The notes under the pieces are model-generated. The model saw only the letters and a program-made list of their open reading frames with translations. It did not search any database and had not been told where the DNA came from. A DNA stretch of 64,000 bases, from contig JBHCAK010000013.1 of the NCBI GenBank assembly GCA_041798205.1, positions 13,647 through 77,646 on the forward strand. The letters are read 5' to 3'. Of this stretch, positions 57,727 through 64,000 are shown piece after piece. This DNA is from Sediminibacterium sp. GTDB lineage: Bacteria; Bacteroidota; Bacteroidia; Chitinophagales; Chitinophagaceae. How positions within the stretch are numbered: position 1 is the first letter of the stretch; the number at the start of each line of letters is the position of its first letter. The position numbers and the translations under genes were made by a program.

Positions 57727-59007
57727 TTATATCACCGTTAACTCATAAAACGCTTCGGGTTGCAGGTATTTCTCCGCCAATTCCTGCAATGCTTCCGGAC
57801 TCACTGTTCTAATAGTTGCTATGGTATTATAAAAATAAGTTTCCTCCAGGTTGTTCAACACATAACTTTTCCACCTGGCAATGATCTGGAAAGGGCCGTC
57901 CAGGTCTCCCAGCAAAGAACCCATCATATAATTGCGTACCAAATTAAGTTCTTCTTCCGGCACCGGTTCCCTGCGCAGGAGCGCCATTTCTTTGTACACT
58001 TCTTCAATGGTTGCTTCACATACATCCCTGCCTGCTTCCGTACTGATCATCCACGCACTGTTGTGTATGTGGTTTTGCAAATAGCTGTGTATGCCATAGG
58101 TATAGCCTTTGTCTTCCCGGATATTACTCATAAGCCTTGAACCAAAAAAACCGCCGAACAGGCTGTTCAACACCTGCACTTTGGGGAAATCAGGATGATG
58201 CCTGTTGGGGAAAGGACGTGCTATGCGGATAGCTCCCTGCACACCATTCGCATCATTGAGGATATGGTATTTCCTTTCATCGGCCGCTTGCAGGTTGTAT
58301 ACGGTTTCAGGCAACGGTTGTTTATTCAGCGGCAGGTAGCCAAAGGCGCTGTTCAGTTGTTGCTGAATGTCTCCCGGTAATTTTCCAGCTGTGAATACCA
58401 GGCATTTACCTTCAACATAAAAACGTTTGTAAAAGACTTTCAGTTCATCCCGCTGCAATTGGTTGTAATCCAGCGTGGATGTATATCGTCCGTATGGATG
58501 GTGAAACCCATAAAGGTATTCATCGATCAGGCGATTGGCAATAAAATCACATTTCTTCAGGTTTACTTCCAGCCGTTGTTTTTGGTTCTGTTTGTAAATA
58601 GCCAGTTCTTCTTCAGGGAAGATACTTTCAGTGATCAATTCGGCCACTACCGGTAAGAGGTGATGCAAATGCTTTGCCAGGCAATGCAACGAAATAGTGG
58701 CCGTTTCATTATAACACTGCCGGTTCAGATAGGCACCATAAAATTCAAAATGTTCGTTGATGGCAAAAGCATTTTTTTGCTTTGTTCCGTTCTTCAATAA
58801 AAAGTTAGTGGTGGCCGCTACGATATTATTTTGTTCATACCAGTTGCCGGCATAAAAAACCCACTCGATCATGACCACTTCCTCTGCGCCGGCATCAATC
58901 GTATATACGGGTACTCCATTATCTAAATTAAACCGCTCACAGGGTTTCAACCGCAAATCAAAATCCACCGCATCTACTATTCCTGGGGCCTTCTTCCTAT
59001 TGAGCAT
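57727..59007 (-). CDS. M16 (pitrilysin) family protein lacking HxxEH
   Basis: M16 fold motifs LNSLFGGFFGSRL and IREDKGYTY; ATTNFLL at the zinc-motif position. Confidence 0.85.
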   Translation of the reverse strand: MLNRKKAPGIVDAVDFDLRLKPCERFNLDNGVPVYTIDAGAEEVVMIEWVFYAGNWYEQNNIVAATTNFLLKNGTKQKNAFAINEHFEFYGAYLNRQCYNETATISLHCLAKHLHHLLPVVAELITESIFPEEELAIYKQNQKQRLEVNLKKCDFIANRLIDEYLYGFHHPYGRYTSTLDYNQLQRDELKVFYKRFYVEGKCLVFTAGKLPGDIQQQLNSAFGYLPLNKQPLPETVYNLQAADERKYHILNDANGVQGAIRIARPFPNRHHPDFPKVQVLNSLFGGFFGSRLMSNIREDKGYTYGIHSYLQNHIHNSAWMISTEAGRDVCEATIEEVYKEMALLRREPVPEEELNLVRNYMMGSLLGDLDGPFQIIARWKSYVLNNLEETYFYNTIATIRTVSPEALQELAEKYLQPEAFYELTVI

Positions 59008-59008
59008 A

Positions 59009-60253
59009 TTATCTGGTGGGTTTACTGTAATAAAAGATCGTGTTGCTGTTGTTCTCATCAAAGATCGACTGGCTGTACTCCAGTATATCCTGCGCCGTTA
59101 CGGCCTGGTATTTTGCCAGTTCGGTATTCATCAGTTGCGCATCGCCCAGCAGTTCATACATGGCCAGGCTGCCGGCCCGGCTCATTACGCTCATGTCTTC
59201 AAATGCAATGACACTTTCTGTTTTGTTCTTTACTTTTTGCAACTCTGCATCACTTACGTTTTCCGATCTTATACGGGCAATTTCTACATCCACGGCTGCG
59301 GAAGCCGTTTCCATGTTCACTCCTTTCACCAGCTTGCCTTCAATGGCCAGCAAACCCGCATCTATACTTCCAAAATGATAACAATCAAGGTTAGAAAATA
59401 ATTTCTGCTCCTTCACCAATGCCTGGAAGAGCCGCGATGATCCGCCTCCTCCCAGTATTTCCGTGATCAGGTCCGCCGCATAATACCCTTTATCAAGGCG
59501 TCCGGCCATATGCCAGGTTTTGATGAATGCATCGAGCGGAACATTGGCATGATAAACAGCCTTCCTGGATGCCGTTTGCGGTGGCTCTGCGGGCAATTTT
59601 CGTATGTATTTCTCTCCCGTGGGAATGTCACCAAACCATTTTTCAGCCAATATCCTGATCTTATCCGTTTGCACATTCCCTGCCACTACCAATATGGCAT
59701 TCACAGGACGGTAATGCCTGAAGAAAAAAGCTTTCACGTCTTCTATCCTGGCATTTTCCACATGCGACAATTCCTTACCAATGGTCATCCAACGATAGGG
59801 ATGCGTGGTATAGGCCAGTTCCCGCATCTTATGCCATACATCTCCATAAGGCTTGTTGATATAATGCTCTTTGAACTCTTCGCTAACTACTTTGCGTTGC
59901 ACATCAAGACTCTTCTCGCCGAAGGCCAGGCTCAGCATCCGGTCGCTCTCGAGCCAGAAAGCCGTCTCAATATTTTGTGCCGGCAACTGGCAATAATAAT
60001 TCGTGAGATCGTTGGTGGTATATGCATTGTTTTCACCTCCCGCTCTCTGAAGCGGCTCATCATAATCTGCAATATTGGTGCTGCCGCCGAACATCAGGTG
60101 TTCGAATAAATGAGCAAAACCTGTCCGGGATGGATCTTCATCTCTCGCACCCACGTCATACATAATATTCACAACAGCCATGGGAGTGGAAACATCTTCA
60201 TGTACCAGTACCCTCAATCCATTCCCCAATACAAAACGGTTAAACTGAATCAT
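59009..60253 (-). CDS. M16 (pitrilysin) zinc peptidase
   Basis: GFAHLFEHLMF (HxxEH), NAYT, LESDRM, GGGGSSRL. Confidence 0.93.
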   Translation of the reverse strand: MIQFNRFVLGNGLRVLVHEDVSTPMAVVNIMYDVGARDEDPSRTGFAHLFEHLMFGGSTNIADYDEPLQRAGGENNAYTTNDLTNYYCQLPAQNIETAFWLESDRMLSLAFGEKSLDVQRKVVSEEFKEHYINKPYGDVWHKMRELAYTTHPYRWMTIGKELSHVENARIEDVKAFFFRHYRPVNAILVVAGNVQTDKIRILAEKWFGDIPTGEKYIRKLPAEPPQTASRKAVYHANVPLDAFIKTWHMAGRLDKGYYAADLITEILGGGGSSRLFQALVKEQKLFSNLDCYHFGSIDAGLLAIEGKLVKGVNMETASAAVDVEIARIRSENVSDAELQKVKNKTESVIAFEDMSVMSRAGSLAMYELLGDAQLMNTELAKYQAVTAQDILEYSQSIFDENNSNTIFYYSKPTR

Positions 60254-60288
60254 ATTCCTGTAAAAGCCGCAAATTAGGCATTTCTGTA

Positions 60289-61482
60289 CTACCGCCTGAT
60301 GTCTTTGATATCAAGGGTAAGCACCGTGGGTGAATTATTCCTGAAAACGATCACTTTCACTTTCCCCAGCGAATTCTGGAAAAGGTTCTTATACACCTGT
60401 ATATTTTTGGAGAAATTAGACTCCACCGAAAAAATGATATCGCCTGTTTTGAACCCTGCTTTGTCGCCGGGTGAATCCTTGATGACATCAATAACCCTGA
60501 TCTCTCCATCAAGCATATAAATGCCAAGACCGGTATAAGAATAATCGAACGACTCGGTATAATGTGCATTTGGTTTGATATAAATACTACGCTCAGGATA
60601 ATTCAGGATCACATTGAAACGGCGCATGATGTCATTGCCTATGAGACCGCCCAGCAAAGGATAAGAAGTGACATTGAAATCATCTTCAAAAATATGTATG
60701 GGTACTTTGCGGAACTTATACGGCCCTATTTTCACCGACTTGATCACTGTTATCTGCATCTGCTTCTTTCCCCCCAATCCTTCTGCCTGCGTGGCATAGT
60801 ATCTCCGCTTTTTTTTCATGAACATACTGTCTTCCACAAAATCTTTCGACAAGAGAAAGCAAAGGCCGGCCCCCGTATCAAAAATGAATTTGCCGTTGAT
60901 TTCCCTTTCGTCGCCAATAGTGGCATGCTGCAATGCCAGCGTTGAAAAATCCGGTTTCAGTATGTATCCTCCACGAGGGTATTTCAAGATACCCGGACTG
61001 AAAATTTCAATCATCTGTTTATCATAATCGATCATCACAATATGCCTTCTCAGGAAACTGTACCCGATAATGCCGTCTATTTTTATACCATATACGCTGG
61101 TGAGCAGGTCATAATCATTGATGTGGAAATCGAGGTGTTCCGTTACCAGGCCGGGTAATTTTAAAGTATGGTTATACGCAAATTCCACCGTTTTCATGCC
61201 TGCAATTCCACGAATGGTTTTGTCGCTCCTGGAAAGTTTCAGCTGTAAAGCCACGGCTGTGGAAGAATCCAGCGAAATGCCGCCGCTTCCGGTATCCAAT
61301 ACAAAATTGAGCGAATCAGACGAATTATCTACCTGTCCCTTTACAATTACAATACCCCCGCTGAGTTGTGTAAAAGAGAACCTGGTGAGAAAATGCGATT
61401 GCGGGGCTACAAATTCTTCCTGCGCTTTGAGCGAAGAAAATACCGGTAACAGCAGTATAGTGGCGAGCAATATCCGTTTCAT
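60289..61482 (-). CDS. secreted tandem aspartyl protease with C-terminal PDZ domain
   Basis: Signal peptide; FVLDTGSG and FIFDTGAG motifs; PDZ GLGIY...SPGDKAGFKTGD. Confidence 0.88.
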   Translation of the reverse strand: MKRILLATILLLPVFSSLKAQEEFVAPQSHFLTRFSFTQLSGGIVIVKGQVDNSSDSLNFVLDTGSGGISLDSSTAVALQLKLSRSDKTIRGIAGMKTVEFAYNHTLKLPGLVTEHLDFHINDYDLLTSVYGIKIDGIIGYSFLRRHIVMIDYDKQMIEIFSPGILKYPRGGYILKPDFSTLALQHATIGDEREINGKFIFDTGAGLCFLLSKDFVEDSMFMKKKRRYYATQAEGLGGKKQMQITVIKSVKIGPYKFRKVPIHIFEDDFNVTSYPLLGGLIGNDIMRRFNVILNYPERSIYIKPNAHYTESFDYSYTGLGIYMLDGEIRVIDVIKDSPGDKAGFKTGDIIFSVESNFSKNIQVYKNLFQNSLGKVKVIVFRNNSPTVLTLDIKDIRR

Positions 61483-61570
61483 GCAAATTCAATATAAGCT
61501 TAATTATTAATACCACCTCATTTACTTTATGGGTGGTATATCCGGCACTTATTTATCATCCATATCATCC

Positions 61571-61578
61571 TACCTTTG
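61571..61578 (+). promoter_or_regulatory. -7 element TACCTTTG for mqnC
   Basis: Exact TAnnTTTG match; supports start 61604 rather than 61529. Confidence 0.65.
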
Positions 61579-61603
61579 CCTTCCATGCTTTAAATGTGCG
61601 GAT

Positions 61604-62728
61604 ATGCAATTAGCCGATTTATACCAGAAAGCCCTGGGTTTTGAGTTCCTGTCAGCCGAAGAAGGCATGTTCCTTTTCGAACAGGCCCCGCTTGCCGAAC
61701 TGATGTATATAGCCGATGAGATGCGTAAAAAGCAGGTGCCTCATGGCAAAGTAACCTGGCAGATAGACCGTAACGTGAATACGACCAACGTATGCATTGC
61801 CAATTGTAAGTTCTGTAACTTCTACCGCATACCGGGTCATGCTGAAGCTTATATCACAGAAATGCCTGTTTATCGGAAGAAGATCGAAGAGACTTTCAAA
61901 TACGGTGGCGATCAGCTTCTCCTGCAAGGCGGGCATCATCCCGGCTTAGGGCTGGACTTCTATACCCGTACTTTCCGCCAGTTAAAACAGGAATATCCCG
62001 CACTGAAACTGCATGCGTTGGGTCCCCCCGAAGTAGCCCATATCTGCAAGCTGGAAAAAATGAGTCACCATGATGTGTTGGTGGCTTTGCAGGAAGCAGG
62101 ACTGGATTCCCTTCCCGGCGCGGGCGCCGAGATATTGGTAGACAGGGTTCGCCGACTTATTTCCAAAGGCAAATGCGGGGCCGATGAATGGCTCGCGATC
62201 ATGCACGAAGCCCACAAACTCAATATCACTACCAGCGCCACCATGATGTTCGGTCATGTGGAAACGCTCGAAGAAAGGTTCATTCACCTGATACGTATCA
62301 GGGAAATACAAAACATGAAACCTGAATCGGCCAAAGGGTTCCTGGCCTTTATCCCCTGGACCTTCCAGGATGTGGATACTTTACTTGCCAAAATCAGGGG
62401 GGTACACAACCTTACTACGCCAGATGAATACATTCGTATGATCGCCATCAGCCGCATCATGCTGCCCAATATCAGGAACATCCAGGCCAGCTGGTTGACT
62501 GTTGGCAAACAAACTGCCCAGATATGCCTGAATGCCGGCGCCAATGATTTTGGCAGTATTATGATTGAAGAGAATGTAGTAAGTGCAGCCGGTGCACCGC
62601 ACCGCTTTACTTACAAAACCATACAGGATGCGATCCGGGAAGCTGGTTTCGAACCCCAGTTGCGCAACCAGCAGTATGAGTGGAGAACCATTCCCGAAAC
62701 CATACAGGAGCAAGTGATCGATTACTGA
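61604..62728 (+). CDS. mqnC: radical SAM enzyme, CofH/MqnC family (cyclic dehypoxanthinyl futalosine synthase)
   Basis: DRNVNTTNVCIANCKFC, LLQGG, SLPGAGAEIL, TMMFGH, FIPWTFQ, GANDFGS. Confidence 0.8.
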   Translation: MQLADLYQKALGFEFLSAEEGMFLFEQAPLAELMYIADEMRKKQVPHGKVTWQIDRNVNTTNVCIANCKFCNFYRIPGHAEAYITEMPVYRKKIEETFKYGGDQLLLQGGHHPGLGLDFYTRTFRQLKQEYPALKLHALGPPEVAHICKLEKMSHHDVLVALQEAGLDSLPGAGAEILVDRVRRLISKGKCGADEWLAIMHEAHKLNITTSATMMFGHVETLEERFIHLIRIREIQNMKPESAKGFLAFIPWTFQDVDTLLAKIRGVHNLTTPDEYIRMIAISRIMLPNIRNIQASWLTVGKQTAQICLNAGANDFGSIMIEENVVSAAGAPHRFTYKTIQDAIREAGFEPQLRNQQYEWRTIPETIQEQVIDY

Positions 62729-62742
62729 TTTTTTTCCTGCAG

Positions 62743-62768
62743 TGTAACATAACAGCCCTTCGTCCGTA
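62743..62768 (+). promoter_or_regulatory. ECF-type promoter TGTAAC-N16-CGTA upstream of the ECF sigma gene
   Basis: AAC (-35) and CGT (-10) with 16-nt spacing, the classical ECF layout; probably autoregulatory. Confidence 0.6.
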
Positions 62769-62783
62769 TTAATAGTCAGCACC

Positions 62784-63269
62784 ATGACTGAAAAAGAGTA
62801 CAACGACTGCGTCACACAATATGCCGATAATGTCTATCGCTTTATCGTGAAAAACCTCCGGCACGAGGAAGATGCCAGGGATATTGTGCAAACCGCATTC
62901 GAAAAACTCTGGCGCAACCGGGAACAGGTAGAGACCGGGAAATCGAAATCCTACTTGTTTACTGTTGCCTATAACCAGATGATTGATCATATCAGGAAGG
63001 TGAAAAGGATAGAGTTGAAAGAGGTATTCCATGAGGACGGAAAGACCAGCTATCAACCGCACAACAATACCAAAAAAACATTGATGGAAGCCCTGAACCG
63101 ACTGAATGAAACCCAGAAAAGCCTGGTAATGCTGAAAGATTATGAAGGATACAGTTATGAGGAAATTGGCCAGATCATGAACTTGAATGCGAGCCAGGTT
63201 AAAGTATACCTCCATCGCGCAAGATTGTCGCTTAAAAATTACTTGGTGAAACCGGAAAATGTATTATAA
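62784..63269 (+). CDS. ECF RNA polymerase sigma factor
   Basis: EDARDIVQTAFEKLW (region 2), YEGYSYEEIG...VKVYLHRAR (region 4). Confidence 0.95.
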   Translation: MTEKEYNDCVTQYADNVYRFIVKNLRHEEDARDIVQTAFEKLWRNREQVETGKSKSYLFTVAYNQMIDHIRKVKRIELKEVFHEDGKTSYQPHNNTKKTLMEALNRLNETQKSLVMLKDYEGYSYEEIGQIMNLNASQVKVYLHRARLSLKNYLVKPENVL

Positions 63270-63277
63270 AACCTGTA

Positions 63278-64000
63278 ATGAACATTGATCAACATAATTA
63301 CGAAGAATTTTTCCTGCTCTACCTGGATGGGGAATTGACGCCTGCCGAAAACAGGGCTGTGGAAGCATTCATAGTAATGCACCCCCACCTGGCGGCGGAA
63401 CTGGATATGTTGAAACAGACACTCTTATTGGCCGGGGAAACAGTTGTCTTTTCCGATAAAGCCACTTTGTACAAACCCGTTCCGGCAACGGAAGATCATT
63501 ACGAGGAACAGTTGCTCGATTATATCGATGATGAACTCAGTGCATCAGCAAAAGAAGCTATTGAAAAATTGGTATCTGAAAATGCTGCTGCGCACAGTTC
63601 CCTTTCCCTGCTGCAACAAACAAAGCTGAACGCTGCTGAAACCGTTGTATTCCCTTATAAAGACAGCCTTTATCGTTCAATAGGCAGGAAAAGGCCGGTT
63701 ATCTATCTCCGCTGGCAGCGCGTAGCCGTGGCCGCCGTCGTTATAGGTTTTGGGTTGATATTGTGGTTCATACCGGGTTCTGACCGGCGGAGTAAGGTTA
63801 CTGAAACTGCATTGATTAACACTTATCATCCTGCCACCGATAAAATCCAAAAAGGCCCTGTAACCGCTTCGGCATTGAATGAGCCGCCGGCAACTTCACA
63901 CCATGCCACTAAGAGCATTGTTCCGTCAATGATATCCCGGCGGACAGTTATCAGCGTACAAACTGATCAGGATAAAAAAATCCCTGCCCCTGCCTTTGAA
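63278..64000 (+). CDS. anti-sigma factor with duplicated N-terminal helical domain and one TM (runs off the right edge)
   Basis: Not in the ORF track. MNIDQHNYEEFFLLYLDGEL...; TM VAVAAVVIGFGLILWFI; frame open to 64000. Confidence 0.85.
   Translation, partial: MNIDQHNYEEFFLLYLDGELTPAENRAVEAFIVMHPHLAAELDMLKQTLLLAGETVVFSDKATLYKPVPATEDHYEEQLLDYIDDELSASAKEAIEKLVSENAAAHSSLSLLQQTKLNAAETVVFPYKDSLYRSIGRKRPVIYLRWQRVAVAAVVIGFGLILWFIPGSDRRSKVTETALINTYHPATDKIQKGPVTASALNEPPATSHHATKSIVPSMISRRTVISVQTDQDKKIPAPAFE

Noticed and set aside
1-64000. CRISPR arrays, tRNA/rRNA genes, IS elements, integrases, toxin-antitoxin or defence genes
   Set aside because: None seen by eye. All intergenic gaps are under about 350 bp and lack regularly spaced repeats or cloverleaf patterns; tRNAscan, CRISPR finders and ISEScan were not run.

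Overview
This is a gene-dense chromosomal window from a Bacteroidota bacterium, probably Chitinophagaceae-like (inferred from TAnnTTTG promoters, PorZ, PspC-PadR, futalosine-type mqnC and an N-acyl-ornithine arginine operon). Most of it is housekeeping: an eight-gene arg operon, kbl, ispG, nadB, an lpxL-type acyltransferase, tsaB, gcvT, icmF, an M16 peptidase pair, mqnC and an ECF sigma/anti-sigma pair. I found no rRNA, tRNA, CRISPR array, IS element or integrase by eye. Best novelty candidates: (1) an AT-rich cassette at 9.3-12.2 kb encoding a small lipoprotein ending NHGGIWP, a stand-alone ~7TM protein, a sensor-less histidine kinase and a LuxR-type regulator, with a convergent HTH gene and a shared upstream motif, which looks like a split-receptor signalling system; (2) an unannotated 23-aa Arg-codon leader peptide whose stop codon lies inside a hairpin upstream of the arg operon (candidate attenuator); (3) signatures of the N-succinyl arginine route (Val90 transcarbamylase) with an orphan GNAT as candidate first enzyme; (4) a SWIM-SNF2 helicase gene split by a G8 tract; (5) palindromes between a tail-less ssb and a Zn-ribbon gene; (6) a KdnA-like aminotransferase; (7) an arsR-arsM-arsC operon without an efflux pump. 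All family assignments come from remembered motifs, not database searches.
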